Part shown: positions 38,452-49,154 of the stretch, in pieces
Layout of the letters: each line of letters begins with the position of its first letter
Numbering within the stretch: the stretch's first letter is position 1
Assembly: GCA_039586365.1 (NCBI GenBank)
Contig: JBDHKN010000020.1
Location: forward strand, 1-52,106
Length of the DNA stretch: 52,106 nt
Direction of reading: 5' to 3'
Source: Gemmatimonadota bacterium
GTDB lineage: Bacteria; Gemmatimonadota; Gemmatimonadetes; Gemmatimonadales; GWC2-71-9
Program-made: the position numbers and the translations under genes
The notes under the pieces: generated by a model
Database searches by the model: none
Seen by the model: only the letters and a program-made list of their open reading frames with translations
What the model was told of the DNA's origin: nothing

Positions 38452-41289
38452 TCAATATTCGCGCTCGCTGTTTGGGCGCCGTGCATCGAACTCCTTGGCC
38501 CACGCCCGCATGACCTCTACGTCGTCGAGGCTGGGCGATTCTGCGAGGGCGTCCCAATTGAAGTTCTCGTCGAGTGGATCCAGAGCCTTCTGGGGATCGA
38601 ACACGCGCAGATCGGGCGGCAGCGCCGAATACGGAGCGAAGTCGGGCACGTCGGTGAAGAAATCGGCCAGATCTGTAGCCCCGGCATCGTACTGATTGAG
38701 GTAAGGGAGACCCAGTACGTGCCAGAAAGTCTTCATGATGCTTCCAAAGCTATAGTGCTGCTTCGCCACATATTTCCGTTTGGCATAGGGTGAGATGACC
38801 ATCAGAACGCTCCGATGAGCATCCACGTGGTCCACTCCTCCCTGCGGATCGTCCTCCGTGACAACGATGGCCATGTTCTCCCAATAACGCGTGTGTGACA
38901 GGTATTCGACCACCCGTCCCAGCGCAAGGTCGTTGTCAGCCATGTAGCTCTCTACGTACGGATAGCCGTCTGCCGGCCGCTCGGCCGACCCATGGTCGTT
39001 CGGCAGCATCATCGTGATGATCGGGGGCATGACGGTGCCGTCTCCCAGCCACCGCTCCTCAAACTCTTCGATGAACATGTCCACTCGGAATTGATCAGGA
39101 ATACTCATATTGTAGGTGGCGAACTTGGGGGATGTCCGAGCCCAAAGAGGACCCGGCATCGGGTAGTTGATCGGCAACCTGATACCAGTGTATTTGAAGT
39201 CTTGCGTCTCGATGCCGGGGGCAAACTCGAATCCAAGTCCGAAGTTGAAGAAGTCGACGCCGAAACGGTCAAAGTGATCCCAGATGGAACCGGCCTCGTT
39301 GTAGTCTTCAGGGTAGATTGCTCCTGAAGAACCAACGAACGCCAGCATCCCGGGGGCCGAAGATTCAAGCCTCATGCTGCGTCCTCCGCCGTAGCTGGCC
39401 GCAACACTCGTCTCCACCCACTCATTGGGATAGATACCAACTAGCCACCGGTGTCCGTCCGCTGAAACGTCGGAATCGCAGTAGAAGTTGTCTCCTATGG
39501 CGAACCGTTCACCAAGTGCCAAGTGGTTCGGCATGATCGTGGCGTTTTCTATTGTCACACTCCCGTCCCGGTTACTGAACGTCACACTTCTCCCGTAGCG
39601 CGTCAGCGAGGGCTCGCCTCGACCCCCTACGATCTGGCCGTACACTTCGTCATACGTGCGATTCTCCTTGGTGATGAACACCAGATGTTTGATGGGAGAC
39701 TCCTTTTGGCCTGGATAAAGGGGGATGGGATTGGTCCTGAGGTTCGCAAAGGCTCGGGACGAAGGGGGTTCGAATCGGAAGTTGTTCGCCACAACTTGTT
39801 GTGTCTCAGACGGAAGGTCGGCGTCGTCAGGGATTTCGATCACCGACACAAAACCGTTCATCAGATTACCGACATAGCTTCCTCGGGCGTCGATCTCAAA
39901 CCGAGGTCCACCGTTCGGGCCGCTACCATAGCCCTTTGCATTAGCGACGATCAACTTCGTGCCGTCAGGAGTCACTGCCAGTTTCGATGGGAACCACCCA
40001 ACGGGAATGTGCCCCAGCACCTCAAAGCTATCGAGGTCTATCACGGCAACTGCGTTGATCCCGGATTCGGCGACGTAGAGCCGCTTGCCGTCCGGCGAGA
40101 GCGCCAGGCCAAACGGGATATGCCCCCGAAGGTTTCCCAACCGCTCGTCCAGTTGCAGGATGATCTCTGCGACTACGGTATCGCGCCGAGTGTCGATCAC
40201 GGAGATTCCGTCATTATTGCCGTTGCTCACGAATACCCGATCGTCGGTCGACACGAGCGAGTTGGGACTCGAGCCACCCACGGTTGGAAAGTCATCGACC
40301 TTCTGTCCTACGAGGTATCCCGTCTTGATCTTGGATATGACACGCGGTCGGACGGGAGACGTCACGTCCAGCCCCCAAACGGAGAACGATTCCGGAGTGT
40401 TGGGATCGCCCAGGCCCGGAACAGTGTACCCTTCGACCTCCACACCTTCCTCAGCTTCGCGCGAACCGTGCGCGAAAGGCGGGAATGCAACTCCCGGGCG
40501 AGGTGGATCAGCCTCTCGATCCACTCCTTCAAGCAGGGAGTACTCGTACATGCCGACGTTAGCCACATACACTCGTGTCTCGTCGGGGGTCAGGGTGACA
40601 CCAAATGGGTAGCGCCCGACAGGTGAGCTCGCTATCAGTCGCCGAGCTGCTGCATCGATCACGATCAGACGGAAGTTGGTTTGATCGACGGCGTAGAGTC
40701 TCTGCCCATCCCTGCTCAGAACCAGGTCGCCGATATAGCTGTCTTCGTATACACTCTCACCGAATCTGCCATTGGCAGCAATGTCTCCAATCCGATCTCC
40801 AGAATTGAGATCAAACAGGATCACGCTGCCTTCCTGTCCTCCTCCCACATACAGCGTGGCACCATCCGGCGAGATCGCGAGACCCATGAATACAGCAGCA
40901 AGAACACCATCGTCGCCTTCTGCACCCTGCGGCACCTGCGCCACGGTCGGATTAGCGCCGGTCAAGTTTCGGATAATCGAGATCGAGAAAGGCCTCACAC
41001 CCGAGTTAGCGGTCACCGCAACGGAGCCATCGCTGCTGAGCGTCAAACCGTAAGGATGGGGTGCGACCATGAGCACTTTCCCGCGCGGCGTCAGTAACCG
41101 ACCGTTCGGCAACACCGTGGTCCCGTCTCGATCAATTTCAGCGTAAGCATCGCCCGCGGGTGCCGTGGCGATCCAACTCTGCCGCTCCAGTCTATTACAA
41201 CTGGATAGCAGTAATACAGCAACCAGCAACGATCCACATACCAAGCCGGCAGAAGCGCAGCATGCCGGAGGGGTCTCTTTCGGCCTCAC
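38452..41289 (-). CDS. YVTN/YncE beta-propeller plus phosphoesterase (alkaline phosphatase-like) lipoprotein
   Basis: Lipobox LLSSC; LPNGR.LTP.G, IPVGWFP, KENRTYD, SADGH.W, LPNDH, EDDPQGGVDHVDAHRS. Confidence 0.85.
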   Translation of the reverse strand: MRPKETPPACCASAGLVCGSLLVAVLLLSSCNRLERQSWIATAPAGDAYAEIDRDGTTVLPNGRLLTPRGKVLMVAPHPYGLTLSSDGSVAVTANSGVRPFSISIIRNLTGANPTVAQVPQGAEGDDGVLAAVFMGLAISPDGATLYVGGGQEGSVILFDLNSGDRIGDIAANGRFGESVYEDSYIGDLVLSRDGQRLYAVDQTNFRLIVIDAAARRLIASSPVGRYPFGVTLTPDETRVYVANVGMYEYSLLEGVDREADPPRPGVAFPPFAHGSREAEEGVEVEGYTVPGLGDPNTPESFSVWGLDVTSPVRPRVISKIKTGYLVGQKVDDFPTVGGSSPNSLVSTDDRVFVSNGNNDGISVIDTRRDTVVAEIILQLDERLGNLRGHIPFGLALSPDGKRLYVAESGINAVAVIDLDSFEVLGHIPVGWFPSKLAVTPDGTKLIVANAKGYGSGPNGGPRFEIDARGSYVGNLMNGFVSVIEIPDDADLPSETQQVVANNFRFEPPSSRAFANLRTNPIPLYPGQKESPIKHLVFITKENRTYDEVYGQIVGGRGEPSLTRYGRSVTFSNRDGSVTIENATIMPNHLALGERFAIGDNFYCDSDVSADGHRWLVGIYPNEWVETSVAASYGGGRSMRLESSAPGMLAFVGSSGAIYPEDYNEAGSIWDHFDRFGVDFFNFGLGFEFAPGIETQDFKYTGIRLPINYPMPGPLWARTSPKFATYNMSIPDQFRVDMFIEEFEERWLGDGTVMPPIITMMLPNDHGSAERPADGYPYVESYMADNDLALGRVVEYLSHTRYWENMAIVVTEDDPQGGVDHVDAHRSVLMVISPYAKRKYVAKQHYSFGSIMKTFWHVLGLPYLNQYDAGATDLADFFTDVPDFAPYSALPPDLRVFDPQKALDPLDENFNWDALAESPSLDDVEVMRAWAKEFDARRPNSEREY

Positions 41290-41616
41290 GTGTCATTCTC
41301 CACTAACAACGTCGTAGGAACTCCGGGCATGGCGGCGAGCCCAGTGGTGGCTCGCGATCGACTGCTCGGTAACAGCTAGTAATAGAGCGAGAGCGGGTCC
41401 GACTCGCCAGGAACCTCGGCCGATTGGGCTGCGGAAGATCGTCCAACGCGAGCTGCCCAGCCAAGTCTACCGCGCCTAGAAGTTCAGCCCACTACGTCGC
41501 TGCTGCTTGTAGATTTCTGACCTGGCAAAAGTGAACTAGCCTGCTGCAGCTCTTGCTCCAGTATCCAGAAGTGAAGATCTTGCAGCAGTTGAGTTCGCCA
41601 TAACAAGGAGCTGTCC

Positions 41617-42405
41617 ATGCAACATCTTCGGACGTGGGGCTTGTCAGCAACCCTCAGCAGCCTCCTCTTGACTACATGGCTCGTCCCATCAGCCAAGGCC
41701 CAGGCCCAGGCCCTAGAGCTGGGGCGAGTCATCAATGCATCGACTTCCGACGAGAATGTGGCTGCGCTCACATTCCAGGCCAAATCGGCTGGTGTCCTCA
41801 CCGTCGTGGCCAGGGCCACCGGTGAGAGCGATCTCATTCTGGTTGTAACCGACGCCGACGGGCAACAGCTCCCTGACGGGCGATCGGACCAGGACATCGG
41901 AGGTAACAACGGTGCCGAGCAGCTTGCCATCACGATACCACGGGCTGGTACCTACTTTGTCCGGGTTGAGACGTTCTTGTCAGGAAGTGCCGACTTCAGA
42001 ATAGGAGCTTCATGGCTCGCTTTCGCCGATCTGGAGGTCGCCGCCGATCCCGACGGGTCGCCGAGCACGGCAATTCCAATTGGCGTGGAGCAGCAGACCA
42101 TCAAGGAATCCATCAACGGGGCCTCGGGTGATTACTGGGACTGGTTCGTGTTCGGCGCCGACGAAGCAGGCACTCTGACGGTAGCCACTCGCGCGGACGA
42201 GGGAGACCTGGTACTGGAGGTATTCAGGGAGGGTGACTTCAGTGAGGCCTGGGAACGTTCGGACCAGGATCTGCAAGGAATCAACGGCAACGAGGCATTG
42301 ACCCTGATAGTCACCGCCGGGCAGAAGCTCTATTTCAAGGTATCCTCCTTCAGCGAAGGAGCCTCTGTACCCTATAGCTTGCAGATAGGCTTCATGCCGG
42401 ATTGA
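41617..42405 (+). CDS. Secreted protein with tandem PPC-like beta-sandwich domains
   Basis: AAGGAG RBS, signal peptide, internal repeat AGVLTV..DLIL.V..RSDQDIGG...E / AGTLTV..DLVLEV..RSDQDLQG...E. Confidence 0.7.
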   Translation: MQHLRTWGLSATLSSLLLTTWLVPSAKAQAQALELGRVINASTSDENVAALTFQAKSAGVLTVVARATGESDLILVVTDADGQQLPDGRSDQDIGGNNGAEQLAITIPRAGTYFVRVETFLSGSADFRIGASWLAFADLEVAADPDGSPSTAIPIGVEQQTIKESINGASGDYWDWFVFGADEAGTLTVATRADEGDLVLEVFREGDFSEAWERSDQDLQGINGNEALTLIVTAGQKLYFKVSSFSEGASVPYSLQIGFMPD

Positions 42406-42423
42406 CAGGGAGTCGCTCGCAAG

Positions 42424-42449
42424 CTAGGCCGCTCCGAAGAGCGGCCTAG
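42424..42449. terminator. Hairpin terminator between convergent genes
   Basis: CTAGGCCGCTC-cgaa-GAGCGGCCTAG 11-bp stem. Confidence 0.7.
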
Positions 42450-42483
42450 TGCAACGAAACACCTTGCTGCATTGCGCTATCAT

Positions 42484-45400
42484 TCAACGCGAATGCAACG
42501 TCGTAGTAATGACTCCTGCGACATTCCGCTCTCTCACCATCCGGTTGAAGGCGGCGACATCGTTATCGAGGAGCGCCTTCAACTCGGCCTGGCACTGAAT
42601 CATCTGGGATCTCAGCAACTGATGCACTTCACGCTGCTGCTTGTTTGGCGCGAAGTCCACGGAAGCAGCCACGTCTCCGCCAAGAACCGACAGTTTGCTG
42701 TAGAGCATATTGGGGAACCGGAAGGATTTCGAGTCCCCCTCTGCAGCAATGGGTTGGAGGATCTTATCTTCGACCGCCTGCAGCTTCTGATACACTGCTT
42801 TCGCAGCTTCGATGATCGCGGCTCCACCGTCATCCGCGCGCAGTACATCCGTTAGGTCATCGAGCTGTTTCTTTATCAACTCAATGTCATTGATCATGCC
42901 TGAGACGGTGCTGATATCGTTACGGATCTCCAACTGAAGCGCTACTTGCTGCTCGATATCCGCCAAGGTCCCCGCGGAACGCGGATCCTTTCTCACAACT
43001 AGCTCTTGCGTGTAATCCTGATCACCGACGCTGAGCCTTACGGTGTAGGTACCTGGCGCAACCGTGATCCCCTGGAACCCACCGCCAGTGCCCCAGCTCA
43101 GAATCGGATACCACCCTTCGCGTTCCCAGGTCGTCCGAAACCGTTTCTCTTCGACGACATGCGGGTTGCCGGGCGGTTTGGTACGCAGCTTGGCCTGTTG
43201 CACGGGCTCGTACCGCAGGTCCCAGGTTACGCGGTTGATACCCTGGTTCTGGGTGCCACGCAGAGTATTCACCGTCTGGCCCTCGCCGTCCAAGATCGTG
43301 ATCTGGACCCGACCTTCAGGAACACTCTTGAGGTAATAGTTGATATGGGCTGCCGCGTTCGCTCGGGGACCACCAGTCACGCTGTGCATGCGGTAAGCGG
43401 GCCGTGGAGCGAAGAGATGAGCCTCGGATGCGATGACCTCATCCGTGAGCTGCTGGAGTGGAGTGACATCGTCCATGATCCAGAAGCCTCGCCCGTAGGT
43501 GGCTACAACCAGGTCGTTGAAGTGCTCCTGGACGACCATGTCGTGCACAGGTGCGTGCGGCAGGTTGTTCTGGAGCGGTAGCCAATTCTGCCCGTCGTTG
43601 AAGGAGACATAAATGGCATTCTCCGTACCGAGATAGAGTAGGCCCTGCCGCACAGGGTCCTCGTGCACCCAGTGCACGTAGCTAAACACACCCTTCGGAA
43701 TGTCGGAGCTGATCGAGCGCCAACTCTGGCCGTAGTCAGCGGTCTTGTAGACGAACGGATCACGATTGTTCATCTGGTGGAAATCCACCGTGACGTAGGC
43801 CGTGCCGGCATCGTATCTCGATGCTTCGATATTGCTTATCGTGCCCCAAGGTGGCAGGTCGGGAATGTTGTCTGTGAGGTTGGTCCAGTTCTGGCCACCG
43901 TCGCGGGTTACGTGGAGTAGACCGTCGTTCGTACCCGCCCAGATCAGGCCGGGCTCGAGCGGCGACTCTTCAATCGCGAACACGACTTCCCCAAACTCCA
44001 CGCCGAGGTTGTCCTTGGTCAAACCGCCCGACGGCACGAGCTTGCTGGAATCTTGGGTGCTCAAGTCCGGACTGATGATGGTCCAGCTCTCACCACCGTC
44101 AGTCGTCTGATGCACGTATTGGCTGCCGACATACACCTTGTTGTGGTCGTGCGGCGAAACGACTATGGGGAAAGTCCAGTTGAAGCGGTACTTCACATCT
44201 TTCGCGGCTGCGCCGTAGCCGGATTCCGGCCACACTTTGACGGTGCGCCGGTGGCCTGTACTGTAGTCGACCTTGGTGAACTGGGCATCGTAGCAACCGC
44301 CCCAGACAATGTTGGGGTTGACCGGGTCGGGAACGATAAAACCACTCTCACACCCTGCTGTCGACTCCCAATCTGAACCGCCACCGCCGAAGCCTCTTCC
44401 CATGCCCTGAGTGCTGGACCCTTTATTGCCACTGCCATCCTGCATACCGCCATAGACGTAATACGGGATCTGGTTGTCGACATTCACGTGATACATCTGC
44501 GCGATCGGAAGTCGGATGCGGTTCCACGTCTTGCCGCGATTGAGTGTGATCGTGGCACCCCCATCGTTGCTGATCATCATTCTGTCGGGAATCAGCGGAT
44601 CCGCCCACATGTCGTGAGTATCTCCCCCCCAGCCGGATCTTTCAGCGGTCACGCCGCCGTCGTATGAGATGCTGTGACTGTTGGCGGCAAAGTACACCTC
44701 GTTCTCGTCGGCTGGGTTCACCATGATGCGCGACGCATAGTGGGGTCGTTCGTTGAGCAGACGGTCATAACTAACCAAAGTCCAATTGTCACCACCGTCG
44801 CTCGACCGCCAGAGCACTCCGCGGTTGGGGTGGCCGGTTTCGATGAGGGCGTAGACAACTGCGGGATTACTCTGAGCGATAGCGATACCGACCTTACCGA
44901 CCGGAGGTTCGGGCAGGCCGTGGCCCTCAAGCCGCTGCCAGGTGGCACCTGCGTCGCGCGACCGGAAGATGCCGCCGTTGGGCCCACCGCTCTCGCGACC
45001 CCAGGTTCTGATCACCAACGGCCACAACCCAGCGAACAAGACGCGCGGATTGCTCGGATCCAGCGCGATTTCAAAAGCGCCGGTGTTCTCGTCGACAAAC
45101 AGGGTGTGCTCCCAGGTCTCGCCGCCGTCGGTGGTACGGAAAACACCACGTTCCCGTTGAGGTCCGTAGGAATGTCCCACGGCCGCGACGTGGACTATGT
45201 TGGGGTCGCGGGGATCGATCACGACCCGGCCGATCCGTCCGGTGTTCTCCAATCCCATGTGCTGCCAGGTCTTACCCGCATCGGTCGATTTGTAAACACC
45301 GTTGCCGATGGAGACGTTGCTCCGTACGAAAGCCTCACCGGTTCCGGCCCAGACCACGCTGGGATCCGAGGGAGCAATGGCGAGAGCTCCGATGGACTGG

Positions 45401-45696
45401 GCGGGTTGATCGTCGAAGATGGGTTCCCAGTTCACTCCACCATCGGTCGATTTCCATATCCCTCCGGACGCAGCTCCGATGTAATAGACCAGCGGATCAC
45501 CGGGCACGCCCACGACCGCTGAAGTCCGGTTTCCCGGGGGGCCGATGTGGCGGTATCCTAGACCGCTGTAGAGATCCGGTGTTATCTGCTGGGCGAACAG
45601 AGCAGTGAAACAACAGAGGGTTAGAAACAGACCCAAGGTAGCGGAAAGTAGCATCCTCGCAGACACGCGACGGCATGCTCGCCTCATCAAAGGCAT
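42484..45696 (-). CDS. Secreted Asp-box (BNR)/VPS10-like beta-propeller glycosyl hydrolase-like protein
   Basis: Signal peptide; RHIGPPGNR, repeated S/TxDGGxxW, DTHDMW.DP, GGMQDG, TYGRGFWIMDD; paralog of 7308-10454. Confidence 0.88.
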   Translation of the reverse strand: MPLMRRACRRVSARMLLSATLGLFLTLCCFTALFAQQITPDLYSGLGYRHIGPPGNRTSAVVGVPGDPLVYYIGAASGGIWKSTDGGVNWEPIFDDQPAQSIGALAIAPSDPSVVWAGTGEAFVRSNVSIGNGVYKSTDAGKTWQHMGLENTGRIGRVVIDPRDPNIVHVAAVGHSYGPQRERGVFRTTDGGETWEHTLFVDENTGAFEIALDPSNPRVLFAGLWPLVIRTWGRESGGPNGGIFRSRDAGATWQRLEGHGLPEPPVGKVGIAIAQSNPAVVYALIETGHPNRGVLWRSSDGGDNWTLVSYDRLLNERPHYASRIMVNPADENEVYFAANSHSISYDGGVTAERSGWGGDTHDMWADPLIPDRMMISNDGGATITLNRGKTWNRIRLPIAQMYHVNVDNQIPYYVYGGMQDGSGNKGSSTQGMGRGFGGGGSDWESTAGCESGFIVPDPVNPNIVWGGCYDAQFTKVDYSTGHRRTVKVWPESGYGAAAKDVKYRFNWTFPIVVSPHDHNKVYVGSQYVHQTTDGGESWTIISPDLSTQDSSKLVPSGGLTKDNLGVEFGEVVFAIEESPLEPGLIWAGTNDGLLHVTRDGGQNWTNLTDNIPDLPPWGTISNIEASRYDAGTAYVTVDFHQMNNRDPFVYKTADYGQSWRSISSDIPKGVFSYVHWVHEDPVRQGLLYLGTENAIYVSFNDGQNWLPLQNNLPHAPVHDMVVQEHFNDLVVATYGRGFWIMDDVTPLQQLTDEVIASEAHLFAPRPAYRMHSVTGGPRANAAAHINYYLKSVPEGRVQITILDGEGQTVNTLRGTQNQGINRVTWDLRYEPVQQAKLRTKPPGNPHVVEEKRFRTTWEREGWYPILSWGTGGGFQGITVAPGTYTVRLSVGDQDYTQELVVRKDPRSAGTLADIEQQVALQLEIRNDISTVSGMINDIELIKKQLDDLTDVLRADDGGAAIIEAAKAVYQKLQAVEDKILQPIAAEGDSKSFRFPNMLYSKLSVLGGDVAASVDFAPNKQQREVHQLLRSQMIQCQAELKALLDNDVAAFNRMVRERNVAGVITTTLHSR

Positions 45697-45834
45697 GGTC
45701 GTCCTCCAGGCGGGAGAGCTTTCAAACGCAGGAATAGGGTCAACTATTCCCGTAGTTCACGCAATGTCAAGTGAACAAGGGATGAGGTCCTTCCACCAAG
45801 GCAGGGTGCTTGCCGGGAAAGGCAGCCGCCGCGG

Positions 45835-46191
45835 CTAATAAGGCATCTCTGAATCACTCAGGCCCATATGGTGGCCTAGCTCATGAATCAGCGTGTTTCG
45901 GATCTCAGCCATCACCTCACCGGCTGTATCAAACGATCGCAGTATGGGCCCCCAGTAAATCTCAACTCGATCAGGGAGACCGACGCACCCGCTTCCTCGT
46001 TCTGTCAGAGGAACACCGTGGTAAAGCCCGAAAAGCTCGTCGGCCTCTCGCTCGAGACCGAGCCGCTGGAGATCCTGCTCGTCGGGTTCCTCTCTTACGA
46101 CAATCGCTAGGTTCTCCAGTACGTGCCGAAACTCCTCCGGAAGGGTCTCGATAGCATCGCGGACTACGGCCTCAAAATCTCGTCGTCTCAT
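45835..46191 (-). CDS. Zincin-like metallopeptidase (Zincin_1)
   Basis: LFGLYHGVPLTER, LPDRVEIY, LIHELGHHMG. Confidence 0.88.
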   Translation of the reverse strand: MRRRDFEAVVRDAIETLPEEFRHVLENLAIVVREEPDEQDLQRLGLEREADELFGLYHGVPLTERGSGCVGLPDRVEIYWGPILRSFDTAGEVMAEIRNTLIHELGHHMGLSDSEMPY

Positions 46192-46369
46192 AATGCAGTT
46201 GTCTATGTCTGAAACGCAGTGCAGTGCATAGCTTTGTCAACATGGCCGGTACTTGAGTTGGAGGGAAGGCCGTGCTACAGGTGAACACTCTGGTGACTGT
46301 CAGCCGGTTGCGGCGTGACCTTGGCCCGACCGAAGCCCAGGCAGTCACGGTTTCGAGGATGGCACACAC

Positions 46370-47592
46370 ATGATCAGTCTGCTAGGCCTGGTTGTCGTCA
46401 CTTCCGTCTCGACCCAGCAGCTTCCCAACGAGATCCGCGCGGCCGTGCGAGACCTTCGCGTTCAGGAGGCTCTGCAGTTCGTGGACGAACACGAGGATCG
46501 AGCCGCACAGTTCCTTCGCGAGATTGGTGGTATCATCTCCCCGTCAGGGCAAGAGCAAGACCGGGCCGTTGCGGTGGCGGCTCGCATGCGGGCCATCGGA
46601 CTGCACGACGTGCGGGTTGATGAGGGACCAAACGCGGTGGGGAGAATCCCCGGTCGATCTGGCCAGGTGGTTGTCTTGATCTCGACCCTGGACGACCTAG
46701 CGACCGTTGCAGAGCATCAGCGGGCTTCCGGTCGTCCACCGACTATTACGGCCGATCGTGTCGTCGGGCCCGGTACCAATACCTCGCTATCGACTGCGGC
46801 CTTGGTGACAGCAGCGGAGGCTCTAATCCACTCCGGAGTGCGCTTGGAGCATGATTTGGTTTTCGCCGCCGTGGCCAGGAGGAGACTGGGCTCGTGGGGA
46901 TGCAACGCATCTACGATCAATTCCGTGATAGTGCTGTACCGTTCGTCGACGTGCTCGGTGACGGCCACAGCATTTCATACGGAGCGATTGGCATACATTG
47001 GTGGCGCGTCATCGCCCGCGGGCCAGCTGGACACACCCTGAGTGGCGGGGTGCCAAACGTCAATCAAGCCATCGGTCGCGCCGTCGACCGGATTCTCTCG
47101 CTACCCGACGCCAGATGTGGCGATACTACACGAACGAGGATCAACGTGGCGGTATTGAACAGTGGTGCTGTGTTCAACCACAAGCCGGACTCAGGTTGGT
47201 TCTCGCTGGATATTCGCTCACTGGAGGCAGCAGTGATCGCCGGAATCGAGCGTAATGTTCGAGACATCCTCCAAGAGGTATCCGAGGAAACAAGCATCGA
47301 ACTCGAGATGCGGGCCTTTCAGCTGACGCCCGGTGGACAACTTCCCGGTGCTGCCGAGTCAAGACTGGTGCGGACCGCCGTCGAGACGGCACGTCATTTA
47401 GGATACGAGCCGACCCTATCGAACTCGGGCTCGTCGAACATAAACGTGGCTATTGGGGGTGGGTCGCCGGCGATCGGGCTGGGGGGCGGCCGAGGCGGCT
47501 CCCGTGGTCAACCGGATGAATGGGCCGACCGCGGAGCGTTGCTGCGGACAGCGAGATTCGTCACCCTGCTGGCTGCGGCCTTGGGAAACTGA
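46370..47592 (+). pseudogene. M20/M25/M40 metallohydrolase split by a single-base frameshift
   Basis: ORFs 46370-47041 and 46894-47592 join if one C is added at GCC^AG (about 46876), restoring FAAVAQEETGLVGM; downstream GPAGHT, GSSNIN. Confidence 0.8.
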
Positions 47593-47704
47593 ACCAATTG
47601 GTTAGCCCCGGTATCGGGGTACTATCTGGCACTCAGGTTGTGCCGCGCATTCAGTCTACTTCGGGCGACTACCGCCCGCAAGCATCGCGGCACACTGACG
47701 GGGA

Positions 47705-48868
47705 TCATCCAATCTGCTCTAGCCTGCCAGCCCAAGTTACCCGGTAGTACCTATCGCCCTGCCACAACAATGCCTGCATGAAACCGAGCTCTTCTACCGG
47801 CACGTCAATGCCGAAGATGCGCCCACCATATAGGCTTTCGACCTGGCGGGTCTCACTGTGCCCGGTTACGATCGCCTCTGCACCGTAGTACTCAAGGACC
47901 CTGTCCACATCCGGCACGCTGGCTCGAGGGTAATTCCCGGTCCTGCCGTAATACCCGCGATACCAAAGGGGGCCTGCTACATCAAACACGAACCTCGCTG
48001 TGGCACTGGACTGCTTCGAGGTCAGATCGATGTTTCTCCGAGCCGCCTCGTTCATATCGTTCAGAGTCAGTCCGTATACAACAACCTCAGGGGCGAGGCC
48101 GCCGTGCACGAATAGAATGTCGTTCAATCTGATGACGACGTTTTTGCTGCGGAGCCATCTTCCCATTTCTGTGTCGGGACCGTACAGATCCCTGTACTCG
48201 ATCCCCGTACTCTTGGCAATGCCTCTGAGGTACTTCTTGTTGACGTAGCGTTCCACACCTTGCATCACCAAGTGTTCATGATTACCCAGCACATAATGAA
48301 CTCGCCCACCCACCGCCTTTGCTTCCTGCTCTAATCGATAGATGAGCCACAGGGTTTCCGTGACCATGTCACCACGATCAAACACATCACCAAGAAAAAC
48401 CAAATGCCCATCGCCCCAAATCCAGTGCAGATCGTCGTCGATCACTTCGGAATCCATGAGCAGATGAACCAGCACCTCATACTCACCGTGAATATCGCTG
48501 ACTGCAAATATCTTCGACACGTCCTTGAATACGTCAGGTTCTACCTGGGGCTCTGCCAGGGGTATGAGGTACTCGGTCACCGAGTCTTCGCACAGGCCAT
48601 GGAACTGAAGCGTGTCGGCTGCCCGCAGCACTTCTCTCACGACCTGTTCCCCACAGAGATACAGGACTACGGCGCTGGAATCGTCTTGCCATTGGATGTG
48701 TGGACCTTCCCCCGGCGCGTAGCTGGCTGACTTGCGAGCGGTCCCCTCAGGCAGAGAATCGAGTGGATCCGCTCCGGAGCCAGCAGCCTTCGTGTCGGAA
48801 TCGGGAGCCAGGGTGACCACCATCGCGGCAAACAGCGACAACCCTAGACCATTCCGCAGGTAATCCAT
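47705..48868 (-). CDS. Secreted calcineurin-like metallophosphoesterase (Shewanella-like phosphatase type)
   Basis: SDIHG, GDVFDRG, GNHE, HGG, GPLWYRGY, GHS, IDV. Confidence 0.88.
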   Translation of the reverse strand: MDYLRNGLGLSLFAAMVVTLAPDSDTKAAGSGADPLDSLPEGTARKSASYAPGEGPHIQWQDDSSAVVLYLCGEQVVREVLRAADTLQFHGLCEDSVTEYLIPLAEPQVEPDVFKDVSKIFAVSDIHGEYEVLVHLLMDSEVIDDDLHWIWGDGHLVFLGDVFDRGDMVTETLWLIYRLEQEAKAVGGRVHYVLGNHEHLVMQGVERYVNKKYLRGIAKSTGIEYRDLYGPDTEMGRWLRSKNVVIRLNDILFVHGGLAPEVVVYGLTLNDMNEAARRNIDLTSKQSSATARFVFDVAGPLWYRGYYGRTGNYPRASVPDVDRVLEYYGAEAIVTGHSETRQVESLYGGRIFGIDVPVEELGFMQALLWQGDRYYRVTWAGRLEQIG

Positions 48869-49154
48869 ACGGTAGCGCCTCGTTGCGTTTCGGTTACTGT
48901 GGTGTTGCTATATGAAATGGAGCCCAGCACTTCGGCGCCACGCACAACGACGCCGATCGGAGGGTACTAGGAACTCCGTAGTGTCCTAGTCTGCACTATT
49001 CTTGCCACTGTACAAAGCTACCCGGTCGATCTTACAATCGCCACCTACGGCACAGGGCGGTGGCGCTGGTTGAGCGATCACCGCGGGGCTCCGACTAACG
49101 GACGCACCCGCGGTGGCAAGCGCATGTTCTCCTAATGTTCGCCAATCTAGGCGA

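Noticed and set aside
41315..48978. Shared 11-mer TAGGAACTCCG upstream of both phosphoesterase genes
   Set aside because: Different distances from the starts, and a single 11-mer match is plausible by chance.
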